Assembly (NCBI RefSeq): GCF_009914755.1
Contig: NC_060927.1
DNA length: 64,000 bases
Direction: 5' to 3' (one strand)
DNA from: the human T2T-CHM13v2.0 reference genome, Homo sapiens
The position numbers and the translations under genes are program-made. The first letter of the stretch is position 1, and each line of letters opens with the position of its first letter. Positions 26,901 to 41,166 of the stretch are shown one piece after another. Below the pieces are notes generated by a model, which was given only the letters and a program-made list of their open reading frames with translations, did no database searches and had not been told where the DNA came from.

Positions 26901-28990
26901 TTGACTGCCTTTGGGTAACATAGAAGTCAGCTGTCCCTGCAGTCTCCTCCACGTGCATACCCTCTTTCCGTGACTGCCCAAGGCCAATCCAGAATCACGG
27001 ATGTCAGCTCTACACTGAAGTTCTCTAATGGAATCCACTTTCATAGAGAGTGAGTGGGCAATGTGGACTTTACTGAGTGGGAAGTTGAGGGGATGAACTT
27101 TGCATATCCCACATCAAGCCACTTAAACATTCCTGTTAAACATTCTGGTCTGTAAAGTACCTTTTTCGTTTGCTAAAATTGGAGGTTCCTCTCTTTGATC
27201 CTTCTTTCATGCTCCACCCAGCTTCCCTAGCTGCTTTCTTCTATTCCTGTGTCCCCCTTTCTCTCCTCATTAAAACATAATAGGGAGCCATATGGTTTTG
27301 CCCCAGCTTCTAAAAACTAAGCTTGCATGTCTAAACCCAGTGCCATGCTTAGCACACCTCCAAAACCCTTCTCTGTGACAGTTCTTACTCTACTTAGTAG
27401 AAATGAGGATGACGTAGCAATTGAAATAATCCCATTGCACGTTTTACTTCAGGGAAAAACATACCAGTCTCTTGGCTTTTGAGGCATTTAGTTTTGGAAA
27501 AATATTCTTCAGTGGGACGTTAAGGAGGATTCAGGGGACAGTGTCTCCATCAACAGGCATTACAGAAAATTTCATTACTCTTTTGCTTGTAGCTACCCCC
27601 TGATGACTGAGTCCAAGGTGCCACAGGAAAAAAAAAAAAAACTTAGAACATGTTAGTGTATATGGGGCCACAACCACATAATTAAAGGATAGCTTTAAAT
27701 AGAAAATTAAGGATGGAGGGAGGGATGAAGCTAAGAATGAGAAAAGAAATAAAGGGAACTTACCTAGTAATAGAACACGAGAAATGAATTTGAGTCTCCC
27801 TTTCAGTGTGTCCCACAATTTCATTGTATACTGTATAGAAAACTATATCCTATATTTACATATTAAATAGACAATGTCAAGTTTATTTAAACGATAATAG
27901 AATGCTGATGCCTAGAAAGGGAAAGGCAGGCCAGAGACTCTGAAGAATGGAAACCAAGCCTTCTTCAGGCTTAATATCACCCAGGTTTAGATTGTGATAA
28001 TACACATTAAATCATGTGATTAGGTAGTAGGGCTTTTATCAGTTCGGTTTCTATGTACTCTTTTAAAAATTTTGAAAAGAGAAGAATCAACTGTAATAGC
28101 TCAACATATACAATTTGTTTTGAGTTTGGGGCATGGAGTGAAAATTGAGAAACATTTTATAAAACCTTTTGAAACCCCAGGCTTAGAAAGCTTTCAGAGT
28201 CATTTGTCTGCACTCAGGTGGATTTTCTGCATAGGTTTCCTTTTAAGTTACTCAGGTCTTTACTTCTGCTTTTTTGGCTTAAACAGTTGATATTATATGG
28301 TTGTTGGAGCCTTGAACTTGATTGTCAGCCAGTGTAGCTCTTTTAGGAGAGGATGTCAAATCTGCCAGCCATCCAAAATTGCCTACATTGTCATTGCTCT
28401 AATGAGTATGTCCTTCAAGAGTCAATGGAAGGCTAAAAATAAATGCCTTTTGATGTTTACAGACTCCTTATAAAGTGCTCTGAAACCAATATGAAAGATT
28501 ATAATTTTTTCTCTCTCACTAAGACAGTTACAAGAACAGATTTAATAATATGTATTTTCTTTTGTCAGGAGAACAAGCTCTCTTAACAAATATATGCTAG
28601 ATCATTAGGGGTGAAAAGACATGGGCACAGTGACAAAAGTGTACTATGAAAAAAAAATAGCTATTTCCAATTTCATTTGTAAACTGAAGGGCAAAGTACT
28701 TCATCCAGTGGAATCATTTAGTATCTTAATAGTTCAAAGGTAGAAGCCAGCAGGACACAGTGAAATAAACATGTGAGCACAAGAAAAATTGTGCTTCTCC
28801 AGCCTTGCTGTGCAGAAAGTTTGAAATTTGGGTACAGGTCGTGCAGGAATTTCAGGATTTCTCTCATCTGCTGGGTAAGTCAGCTCTGGAAATATGGCTC
28901 CTTAAGCACACAGTAGAGCCCTTTCCTGTCAAGCTTACTTGGATGACTCCTCTGAAACAACTTGGTTTTAAAAAAAAATGGGGCTACTAG

Positions 28991-29448
<458 letters not shown>

Positions 29449-29457
29449 TTAAAAAGA

Positions 29458-29589
29458 AATTTTCCCCTTTCTATCCTTCATTCCTCTACCCTCCCTTCTA
29501 AAATTAAAAATATATTTCTTCTATTTTTTTTTTATTTTTTATTTTGGAAAGGAAAGTAAAGAGGAATGAAGGATAGAAAGGGGAAAATT
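29458..29589. repeat. Inverted repeat with perfect 30-bp outer arms
   Basis: 29458-29487 is the exact reverse complement of 29560-29589; imperfect pairing continues inward. Confidence 0.93.
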
Positions 29590-29667
29590 CCAGGCATAAG
29601 ATACATTTTAGAACAATTCACTTGTGTTTTGAATCCTTTCTCTAATTTGCTCAAAGTGTTTATTAAT
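29541..29667 (+). repeat. ~130-bp direct repeat, copy 1 (copy 2 at ~32763-32897)
   Basis: Shared AGAAAGGGGAAAATTC.AGGCATAAGATA.ATTTTAGAACAATTCACTTGTGTTTTGAATCCTTT..CTAATTTGCTCAAAGTGTTTA. Confidence 0.93.
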
Positions 29668-29919
29668 GGCCACTTTATACCTAGAGAGTCAAAAAGGTTT
29701 AAAGGCTTTACAACATAAAGTCACACAATTTTAGAGCTTCTTTTTGCCTCTAGCAGTGGGATTGCCAGCTGGGAGGGCGAGCAGTACAAGGAAAGGGTGA
29801 CCCTTCTGGAGAGCGTGTCAGGATCTCCAGGTTTCTGTTTGTGGTTTCAGAAAGTCTGTGAGCCTATCTACTATAATACTATAATGTCATATTTGAAAAA
29901 TGCAAAAGTACCATTGTTT

Positions 29920-31252
29920 TGGGTGCGGAATTGGTGGGTTCTTGGTCTCACTGACTTCAAGAATGAAGCCGCAGACGCTCGCAGTGAGTGTTACAGTTCT
30001 TAAAGGCGGCGTGTCCGGAGTTTGTTCCTTCTGATGTTCAGATGTGTTTGGAGTTTCTTCCTTCTGGTGGGTTCATGGTCTCGCTGGCTCAGGAGTGAAG
30101 CTGCAGACCTTCGCGTGAGTGTTACAGCTCTTAAGGCAGCACGTCTGGAGTTGTTCATTCCTCCCAGTGGGTTCGTAGTCTCACTGGCTTCAGGAGTGAA
30201 GCTGTGGACCTTTGCGGTGAGTGTTACAGCTCATAAAGGCAGTGTGGACCCAAAGAGTGAGCAGCAGCAAGATTTATTGCGAAGAGCAAAAGCACAAGGC
30301 TTCCACACTGTGGAAGGCGACCCAAGCAGGTTGCAGCTGCTGGTTTGGGCAGCCTGCTTTTATTCCCTTATCTGGCACCACCCACATCCTGCTGATTGGT
30401 CCATTTTACAGAGAGCCGATTGGTCTGTTTTACAGAGAGCTGATTGGTCCATTTTGACAGGGTGTTGATTGGTGTGTTTACAATCCCTGAGCTAGACACA
30501 AAAGTTCTCCACGTCCGGACTACATTAGCTAGATAGAGAGTGTCCATGGGTGTATTTACAAACACTGAGCTAGACACAGAGTGCTGATTGGTGTATTTAC
30601 AATCCCTTAGCTAGACTTAAAGATTCTCCCAGTCCCCACCAGACTCAGGAGCCCAGCTGGATTCACCCAGTGGATCCCTCACAGGGGCTGCAGGTGGAGC
30701 TGCAGGTGGAGCTGCCTGCCAGTCCCACACTTTGCGTCTGCACTCCTCAGCCCTTGGGCGGTTGATGGGACTGGGCGCAGTGGAGCAGGGAGCGGCACTT
30801 GTAGGGGAGGCTCTGGCTGCACAGCAGCCCACGTCAGTGGGGGGAGGCTCAGGCATGGCAGGCCACAGGTCCCGAGGCATGCCACGCGGGGAGGCAGCTA
30901 AGGCCGGGGGAGAAATTGAGCACAGCAGCTGCTGGCCCAGGTGCTAAGCCCCTCCCTGCCCGGAGCTTGTGAGCCAGCCAGCTGCTTGGAGTGGGGGGAC
31001 CGCAGAGCTCACGCCCACCGGGAACTCACGCTGGCCCGCAAGCGCCGCGCGCAGCCCCGGTTCCTGCCCGCGCCTCTCCCTCCACACCTCCCAGCAAGCT
31101 GAGGGAGCCGGCTCCGGCCTTGGCCAGCCCAGAAAGGGGCTCCCACAGTGCAGCAGCAGGCTGAAGGCTTCCTCAAACGCTGCCAGAGTGGGTGCCAAGG
31201 CCAAGGAGGCGCGGAGAGCGAGTGAGGGCTGCCAGCACCCTGTCACCTCTCA
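29920..31252 (-). mobile_element. Solo LTR12 (ERV9; LTR12C/D/E-like)
   Basis: Starts TGAGAGGTGACA on minus; ends GAACCCACCAATTCCG; 4-bp TSD GTTT; tandem U5 repeats, CCAAT repeats, CpG-rich U3. Confidence 0.96.
30270..30600 (-). promoter_or_regulatory. LTR12 promoter: NF-Y CCAAT array and TATA-like AATAAAA
   Basis: Five GATTGGT (minus-strand CCAAT) at ~30393, 30418, 30442, 30467, 30586; GGAATAAAAG on minus at ~30297-30306. Confidence 0.75.
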
Positions 31253-31504
31253 GTTTCAATGATTTGAACATCACAAACTAACGTTCCACAGAATTGTCTT
31301 GGTCAGATCCTAATGGGAATATGCAGAGGGTAAGTCATTCTCAGCCTGCAATAGCTTCTGGATAAAGTGTGGGCAGCTCTTTCAGAATGTAGTTGGTGCT
31401 GGGGGAAGCATAAGACTTTACATGTTTATTAAAAATAGGGTATAGGTTAAAATAGGGTAAGAAAAACTGGTTTAGATCAGAATGAATAACAGACTTGGGG
31501 AGTG

Positions 31505-31930
31505 TTCTTTATTCAGTAAGTATTTGTAGAGCACTCTATTGAGTATGACACTCAGATGAGGATGTCTTACATTTACATGTAAAGAACTGGACATGTAAAT
31601 GTGAGCTCAGATGAATCCTGGGCTCAAGACAGATTTAGAACCATCTTTCAACAGAAATGTCAAGCAAGTCAAGGACCAATAAAGGCCCTTTGTTGTGTTT
31701 AGCAACAAAGAGATTGTGATTGATTTCAGCGAAAGCAGTTTGGGTAGAGGAACAACATGCAAGCCAGTTTGAAGTGGGTTAAGAAGAGAGTGGGAGGTCA
31801 GACAGGGGAGATTGCACCCATGGACAACCCTTTCAGGCAGATATGCTAGGAAGGGGAAGAAAGGGAAAGGGTCAAAGCTGAAGTAGAACACAGGAATCAA
31901 GGGAGAGTTTTTAAGATGGGAGATAATTGA
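31505..31930 (-). mobile_element. L2 fragments
   Basis: ATTCAGTAAGTATTTGTAGAGCAC; GCAACAAAGAGATTGTGATTGATTTC...AAGCCAGTTTGAAGTGGGTTAAG. Confidence 0.65.
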
Positions 31931-31972
31931 AAGCAAAGTACTTCTATACATATGACACAGCGAAGTAACTAT

Positions 31973-32404
31973 TGTTTAGTGTTCTTTCATGAGGTGGTCA
32001 GTCAGGTGTGGCCACTAGAGAGCACAAAGGGGAGGTGAAGGAAAACGAAGTTTATTGTATTCAGATGTCCTAGAGAGACAGGGTCACGTGGTGGGAGGAT
32101 GGAGGGACGGAGGGAGGAGCACCAAGGGAGCCAGCTCAACCAAGCAAGCAAGGATCAGAGAGACCAAGAGAACAAGTGCCTTGATCAGGGGTCAGTACGG
32201 GGTACACAAGCAAAAGGCAGGAGGGGATTTCATTGGTGCATTTGAATGTCACTAGGTCAAAATCAGAGGATGGCAACAACCAGAACTTGGGGCAGTGGCC
32301 AGCCTTATCACACTGGTGTACCTGGCTACCTGGGCAGGGTGCTCATAGACCATTTGTTGGCATTGAGGCAGCAGGAAATACGATGTTTTAAAATTTACAA
32401 AACA
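31973..32404 (-). mobile_element. ERVL-class solo LTR (LTR47-like, tentative)
   Basis: TG...CA ends with 5-bp TSD ACTAT (31968-31972, 32405-32409); TTTATT poly(A) signal on minus at ~32052. Confidence 0.7.
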
Positions 32405-32409
32405 ACTAT

Positions 32410-34130
32410 TAATTCACTGAGTGTTTATTGAAAACACACTACGAGGTGAAATACGAGATAAGAAATGCATAGTTCTTGCTCTCATGGAGTTTGCAAACTA
32501 GGTCACTCAATAAGGTCAATCACTAATATAATAGGCTTGAGATAATATGGCTCATCCAAGTAGTATGAACAGTGCTATATGGATTAAAGTGTTGAAGGTT
32601 ATTTATTCATGTTGGATTAGGAAAGATATTTCTGAGAAAGTGGACCTTAAAGAATGAAATATTCCAACAGTAGGAGGTGGGAAATCAAAGCACAAAGGAT
32701 GTGGAAGGCCATAGGGTATGATGTTGGATGTTGGGTTATTATACCATAGTCTCAAAAGATATTTTTTTTGGAAGGGAGAGTAGAGGAAAGAGGAATAAAG
32801 GACAGAAAGGGGAAAATTCAAGGCATAAGATAAATTTTAGAACAATTCACTTGTGTTTTGAATCCTTTTGCTAATTTGCTCAAAGTGTTTAGTTAATTCA
32901 ACAGTTATTTACTTAGTGCTTACTATGCGTAAGGCAGACGCATAATCTCAAGGAGCTCCCAGCCAAGTGTATGTTAAGTTCTATAAGACAAGGAAATACC
33001 CAGTGATAAGAGATTACATAGGAGACATACGTGTGTGGAGGGAACAGAAAACTCAAAGAGTAGCCTTTCCAGAAGAGAGAGAGAAATAGTTTCAAATATT
33101 ACCCATGGAATAGAGTAAAAGGATACCTGAAATGGGTCTGTGGGCTTTTGCAACATGGAGGAAACTGCAGGAGCAGTTTCATTGAAGAAATTGGGAGCAA
33201 AATTATAACTGTTATAGACTGAATATTGATTAGGAAGTGAGGGATTGAGGACAGGGAAAGAGGAGAAATACTTTTAGAGGTAAATATATGGCAGCTGCTG
33301 AGGGCAAAGTAAGAAAGAATAAGATAAAAAAGATCCTATGATTTTAAATCTCAGTGAATAATGGCATCACTTGGCAAAACAGGGAAATCAGGACAAATAC
33401 TTAATTTTAAGGGAGCTTTGGTTTCTCCTTGATTAAGTTTGAAATATGGATAGACATTTAGTCCATGATTGAAAAAAAAGGATACAAAAAATTTAAAGAA
33501 ATGTTAGGTCTAGATACAGCTTATTTAGATGTGCATAAGCTAGGTAGTTGCAGCCAGGGTCCTAGAAGATAGAACAGTGGAGGAGAGAGAAGAGTATAAA
33601 GCACAGGAGAAAAGGATGAGAAAGAAGGTTAAAGGTCAGAGGAACTGACTGACAAGAAGTGGTCAGAAAAGCAAAGGAAACCATCAGAGGGAGTTGTTAT
33701 GGCAGTTAAGGAGAGTTTTGTTTTAATGGTTGTGTAATCTTCAATGGTTAGACTGTTTGCTCTAAAGCAGAATAAAGACCAAGAAAATGCCATTGATTGT
33801 GACAGCTAATAATTGTTGATAATCTTGACAAGCATTTGTTCCCAAATGGGGACAGGCATTGTAGTAGATTGATTAAAACAACAGACACTGGATTGCAAGG
33901 AGTTAAGGCGTGAATGGGATTTCTTTTTTATTACCGCAGAGAAGGTGATAGAAAACCTTAATATGAGGTTGTCGCAAGGTTGAGAGAAGACCTGAGCATA
34001 TTTCTATGAATAACTGTATGTGTAGAGGAATAAAGTCATTGGAGGTGACACTTGAAAGGAAAAGGTAGAAAAATGATGAAGCAAAGTTGGGGAGACAGTA
34101 TGATTTAGCTTCTATCTCAGTGTTTCTGTC
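32410..34130 (-). mobile_element. Decayed L2 fragments
   Basis: L2 termini (AATTCACTGAGTGTTTATTG; AATTCAACAGTTATTTAC) and purine-rich L2 body motifs. Confidence 0.55.
32763..32897 (+). repeat. ~130-bp direct repeat, copy 2
   Basis: High identity to 29541-29667; runs into an L2 3' end. Confidence 0.93.
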
Positions 34131-34227
34131 AGAATTTAATGAAGTCATGGATATAACATATCTGACATATAATAGGTTTTCAGTAAGTATGACCTATTGG
34201 TATTTTGGAGTCAGATGAAATGAGGAA

Positions 34228-34410
34228 GGCATTTATCAAGTGCCTACTCTGTGCCAAACTTGTGCTGTTTCACTTTCCCTCCACAACAACTCTCTGAGCT
34301 GGGTGTTGTCAGCCACATGTTGTACCTGATAAAACCAGAGGTGAGGCCTTGCTTTGGGTCACAACCAAGTAACTGCAGAGTTTGGATTTGAACGTAAGTC
34401 CCTCAGAGAC
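34228..34410 (-). mobile_element. MIR SINE
   Basis: CATTTATCAAGTGCCTACTCTGTGCCA...GGTCACAACCAAGTAAC...GGATTTGAAC. Confidence 0.75.
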
Positions 34411-34738
34411 TAAAGATACCACTAGGCCTTACAATTTTATGAATAATTTTGGTTTCATACAAGAGTAAAGGAAACAAGGGAAGTAATTTGAAGAAGCTTT
34501 TACCGAACAGGTTGTGTGTTCTTTGTGAAAGAGAAGGTGAGATATTTGCTGAGAGTGAGGAAGTCCGGGTAGGAGAGGAGACTGAGGAGCGTGAAGAAGA
34601 CTTGAAGTAGCAAATGTAGGGAGTTTGGGCATGATTAAGAAAGAAAACAAGTGGAGGTAGCATGGACTTTCAGTGAACCTTGTTTTATAAGGATTTCTCA
34701 AAATAAAGTCTCTGATACTGCAACAGGGTCTTTCAAGT

Positions 34739-35060
34739 CAGGGATCAGCAAACTTTTTTCTGTAAAGTGCCAGACAGTAAATGCAGGTATTTTAGACTTT
34801 GTAGGCCACGTGGTCTACGTTGCAACTGCTCAACTTAGCTGTTGTAGCATAAAAGCAGCTATAAGGTAATATGTAAATAAATGAGTGAGGCTGTGTTCCA
34901 ATAAAACTTTATTAATGTTAAAAAACTACTAATGTTAGAACATTTGAATATTCATATTTCTTGAAATGTTCTTCTTTTGATTTTTTTCCAAGCACTTAAA
35001 ATGTAAAACCATTTCTAGCTCAAAGACAGTACAAAAACAGGCAGTGAGCCAGATTTGGCT
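34739..35060 (+). mobile_element. MER58B-like hAT-Charlie MITE, beside or within a MER5-like element (to ~35200)
   Basis: CAGGGATCAGCAAACTTTTTTCTGTAAAG...GGCTGTGTTCCAATAAAACTTTATT...GCCAGATTTGGC; then GCCCAGAAATCTGCATTT. Confidence 0.82.
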
Positions 35061-36059
35061 GTGTTTGTTAAATTACACATTCCTGGGTTTCACTCTAGAA
35101 GGATCCAATCAGAATAATTGAGGGCAGAGCCCAGAAATCTGCATTTAAAAAAGGGCTCTTGCATTATTTTTTTAATCTACTCTAAGACTATTGCTTAAAG
35201 ACAGAACTGTAAGTGAAGAGTGATTGTACATGGTTCCTTGAAAAATGCAGAGTCTCTAGGTCTCAAAATCACTGAATTTGCAACACTTGGCAGCACAGGA
35301 CTAGAAGCCATGGAAGGGCCACAGTGGTCTGGAACTTGGCATGGAAGGAATGGCAGAAGATGCATGGGTGAAAGATTCTGTATTTGTGGCTAGTGCTTCA
35401 CTGAATGACCATCCGGAGGGCCCAGACTTGGCAGGAAGGCAAAGGAAGACAGAAGGAGGCTGATGTACTAAAAACAAAACCAGGAGGACTACAGGAATTT
35501 GGGCTCATGATGACAGTGAAAACCAGACTTGGAAGGTCAAGGGTCATGGGTAGAAGGACAGGCATTTGTGATTACAGCAGACATTCAGAACAGGTGTAAG
35601 CTCTGTTGATGTATAAGGTAGAGCCATATCAGGAATGGACCGGTGTCATGGAGGTGGGTGTTCTTGGAGGTGAGAGGTGGAGAACTCGTGAGGCCAGTGT
35701 CTAAGTAGGATTGGGTCAACACAACCGGATTGAGTGCCTAAGATATTCAAGATGCAGATAGCCATGTGAGTAACAGAAGATACTTGTCAGCATGGGTTAG
35801 GACAAGGGGGCCGGGAGAACGGTGTGTAATATTTTGACAGGTAGAGAACAGGAAAGGAGATAGAAAAAAGAAGAGATGTTCATTAGTCATCTGCTCTGTG
35901 CTTCTTTAGTGGGCCCTGACACATGTAAACTCGTTTGACCTTTAAACAAACTGAGGAGAGCATTATTACTTTTTAAAAGTGAAGAATCTGAAGTCTTTGC
36001 TTTTGTTTTTTTCCTGAACACAAATTCACTTGAAATTTAAAAGTAAAAATGTTTAAATA

Positions 36060-36388
<329 letters not shown>

Positions 36389-36764
36389 CTACTAGTGATA
36401 TGTGAGAAAGTAAATATTATATATATTATTGTATATGACACACATTATATACATATATATTTTTACATTTTATACAAATATAAATTACATTGCTAAACAG
36501 ATAATTGGAAATCTGTGCCATCGAAATAGGCAAACAAATGTGTTAAATATTTAATCATTCCTAATATTTTCAAGTCATAACATATGGAGACAAAATAATT
36601 GATATTTGTGGTTAATTATCAGAAAACTTATATGAGAATAAAGAAAGAAATGAAATAGACTAAATTTAACATAAAAAGAGACCTCATATACATTATCAAT
36701 AATATTAATATTAGACTTTGAATATTGAAGTCTATTCTAAAAAATACATGATAACCGTTACTAC

Positions 36765-36900
36765 AAATGACTCTAGTATATTATCCCAAATTTATAGATG
36801 ATGAAACTGAGGCTCCGAGAGGACAAAAACTTGTCCAGCATCACAGATCTGGGATATGAATTCAGATCAATCTGTGAAAAGATCATATTCTTTTCACTAC
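36765..36900 (-). mobile_element. MIR SINE
   Basis: TTTATAGATGATGAAACTGAGGCTCCGAGAGG. Confidence 0.8.
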
Positions 36901-39810
36901 TCCATTTGTGAAGTCCCAGTACTGTGATAAAATGTCTTTTAACTTGATTTCAACATCTTCTGAAAATGATAAAAGGAACTGGCAGATTCTCAAAAGTTTA
37001 TTATAAAACTCAGTTGGGCTATGCAGGTGTTAAGAAAAAGTCCAAGACATTCCTCTATAACTTTACATTCAGATGTTAAATTGTGCAAAATTTCTAAAAT
37101 CCTTGAAGGAAGCCTTAAAACTGAAACAGGTAGAAGAAAGTCAGAAAGCTGAGTAGACGTTTAAGGCAGTGAGGAAGAAAGTTGCATGTCAACTTCATTT
37201 ATGCTGGATGTATATGGTGGATTTGTTGGAAAAACGAGATGAAATTAAACATCATCAGGGAAGCAGCACACAGGAATATTGGCCACCCATATCCTATGTT
37301 TCAGGTTGTTTTAAGCTATCAGAAAGAAGTCTTACAAAGTCATAAATTCCTTATTGTTTTGAAATGACTTTACCCAGGATAAATGAAACTCAACAACTGT
37401 GTTTCAGGAAACCTAATCCTTGATTATCTCTGGCTGGAATGTGCCTTCCCATTTCCCTAATGTCTCACCTCTGCCCACAACATAATGAGTTCCACTTTTC
37501 TTGCTAAAACTCTCTTGTCTTTTGACTTTACCCATTCCTATCTTTGGATTGTCATTAACACATCCTCCCATTTTCATCTTGCTTTGCCCTTTGTGGGGAG
37601 ATGTATCTTTATGTACTCTTTGCTCTCGTAAATCTTGTACAACAGTACACCTCGATTCTAGTTTTTTGTTTTTTATATTATCCAAGACCTTTTACAACTT
37701 CCTTCAACTCACTCTTGGAACTTTAGTTTTTATTCTTTGTTTTCCCTGGTGCTTATTAGGACATTATTGTCCGCATTCTCCAGAATGGTCTTTCTGTCCT
37801 TCTCCTCCCTGTTTTTCTTTATTCCTTCATGCCACCTTCTTTTCTATCTTTCTCATATTTGTGCCTTCAGATCCCCATTTTTCTCTCTTTTAAAACTGGA
37901 GGCCGAATAAGCTTCTTCCTATGATATTCTTTTTCCATAGCTTTCTTCTGAAATTCTTTTTTATCTCTGAACCTTAATTCTCTTTTATTCTTATTAAATA
38001 TCCTCCCCAAAAGTCCATTAATTTTTCTTCATCCTTCAACTAAAAAGCTTCCCTTCAATCTATTCCAAACGCATCAGATATTTGATTCACTTCCTCACCT
38101 CTGACTTTATTCTTGACCTTTTCCCAACTACTTTCTTACTATCCTCTACACTGAAATTGTACTTACCAAAGTTGTTCTAATGACTTCCTCTGGAACAAAT
38201 TGGATGTTCTTTCATCTGGGATCCTATCTTTCCTGGAAATAACTCTATCCATGGACTGGTAGATCATCTTTGAGATACTATTGAAGCAAGATGGGATTCT
38301 TCTAAAAAAAAGAAAAAAACTAACAAAATATCTTCTAAAGTGTGCATCATTTTGTTTATTTTTTATGGATGTCAGAGATAACTTGCTATTTACATTTTCA
38401 ATGGCTATCTTTAAAAACATATTATGGTTTTAAACATAGTTTGAGTTGGTTTGAATGGTCAGTAAATGGTTTTCTGAATTAGGGCAGGATCCTTTTCCCT
38501 TAAGGTCAGACTTCTGAGTCAGTGTTATAACCCTCACCACACAAACACACTGAATTCCTGTTAAGTTAATTTGCAAGTTGTCACCACAGTTGGCCAATCT
38601 AAATAAATTACTTTTTGAAAATAATTTTCTTAGTCATCTTCATTCTTTTAAACAAACTTCCAACCTACACAAACTCAAATTCAGTCAAAAATTAGAATTT
38701 TAAATATTTCTGAATTAACCTTGAAAGAATAAAAATTTCCTTCAAAAATTCCTATTAATGATAAAAATTACATTAGCCTTTATTTGGTTCCATAAATGTA
38801 TTTTGTACTCTTGTGACTGTTCTTGACAAATTTTAATCATCATTATGAACAATTAGAGTAAAAAGTTACAGTGATGGGGAAAATGATTTAGAAAGTATAA
38901 AGGTTGTGGTTCTGTAACAAAAGGCTTAGAATTTCAAGTTCAGTTCAGTCTGCCATGGTCTATTTTTCCTGCTAAGTGTGAGGAGGTGTAGCCTTAGACT
39001 TCTCTGATTTCTTCGTGCAGGTTTATGTCACTAGCTATTAACATTATTTAAATATAGCTTTCTTAATTCCTGAGAACAGTGCTGAAAATAGTGTTTTGAC
39101 TAATAAAATGGAGAAGACAAAGAATCCAAAGACAAAGGCAAGGTATGCACTGACTGATGTATGTCATTTTAATAACATAATTACTTGATAAGCACTTACA
39201 TGATTTAGTTACTGATCTTCAACCTTTCAGAGCTAGAGAATGAGTTGGTGATGTATTACACCCAGAGACTGCCAAAAATGAGCAGTAATGCTGTATTCTG
39301 TGGTATTTTAGGAGACATATTCCTGAGTTGTATCATTAAGTAGCCTATCATATAAAGCCGGACAGTTTAGTGAAAACATCTCACAGCAGAACCAGGTTGC
39401 TTTTTTGACTCAGTGATTTCCTCAGTTTCTCCAGGCTGGACACATTTTAGAGCAGTAAAAAAAAATATTGCACTGTCTGTTCTTCTGATTTATGAGTAAC
39501 TGGGAATAATTCAGAAGTGCAGTCTATTCAACATTCTACCAGGATTATGCAACTAAGAACGTTCTCCAGAACATCTAGTCCAGGCACTGTCACTATGTTG
39601 AACTTAGACTCATCTGAAAGAGGAGTGTTTTTTATGCACAGGAAGAGAAAACACTGATGATGTTTCTGAGGACTAAACATATCAGTCTATTTGCAGCAAG
39701 ATGCTATGGTTTGAGCAAATGACTGAGTGTGATCCTGTCCAACTTCTCTTACACAGGAGAGGTCAGGTTAAGATGACCATTGCAAGTAATCTCTATGAGG
39801 TAAATGTCAA

Positions 39811-40770
39811 CATCCATTTGTCAATTAACTTGTATTTATTGAGTACTTATTGGATGCAGACACTCTGTCAGGTGCCCGGGACGAAACAGGGAGCAAGAAA
39901 TTGTCCTTAGTCTGTTAGAGGCTAGAGGTAATTAAGATTATAGGTAATTCCTGGTTTTATGGACAATTACAATGTAGTGTTGCAGTAGTTTTGAGTGGAG
40001 GATGCAATAAGAACACACAGGAAAGACATTCAGCCTGGTCTGGAGGTGGATGGGGATGGTTCAGAAGAGGTTCTTGGAAGAAGTAGTGCTCAACCAGATT
40101 CTGAATAATGAACAGTGTTGGCCAGGTAAAGAGATGGCAGAGCAGGAAGAATATTCTAGGAAGTGAGAACAATGTGCAGAATTCTGAAGGTGAGAAAGTG
40201 ACCCACTCAGAATATGTTGTACAGTGAGAGGAGAGGAGTGGGGAAAAATGAAGATGGAGAGAAAAGCAAAGTCCAGATCATGATGTCTGTATATCCTGCT
40301 GAGGAGTGTGGTATTTATTCTAAGGATCATAGGGAGCAATGGGAGTGTTATGAACAGGAGTGACATAGACATTAGTGTTTATTATTAGGTTGAAAGATCA
40401 CCTTAGTTATATAATCACAGCGAAGTGAAGTGGGAGCAGGGATGGAAATAGAAGGCAGGGTTTGGTCAGGAGGCTTGTACAGTCATCTAGTAAAGACATA
40501 ATGGTGCCTTGAGATGAGGAAAATGGGTAGATATGGGGGAGATGTAAGGGGTGGAATTAATGGAATATGATGATCATCTATTGGGAATGAGAGAGATGGA
40601 ACACTGAGAGAACACTGAGAGAGAAGGACTCTTGGGTCTGTTCCAGGCCATGTGAAAGAAGGTGGCACCATTTAGTGAGAGAGGACAGGGAAGAGTGGTA
40701 TGTTTGTGGGTACATCATTGAGTTCAACTTTGAATGTGTTGACTTGAAATGAATATGTAAAAGAAGGTAG
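39811..40770 (-). mobile_element. L2 3' ~1 kb
   Basis: TATTTATTGAGTACTTA terminus, then colinear L2 motifs (GAAAGATCACC, GAGTTCAACTTTGAATGTGTTGAC). Confidence 0.8.

Positions 40771-41166
<396 letters not shown>

Noticed and set aside
30040-30620. Spaced direct repeats superficially like a CRISPR array
   Set aside because: These are LTR12 U5 and CCAAT tandem units; no unique spacers, no cas genes, eukaryotic DNA.
30022-31262. GC/CpG-rich region with overlapping ORFs, resembling a CpG-island gene start
   Set aside because: Fully explained by the LTR12 sequence and its internal tandem repeats.
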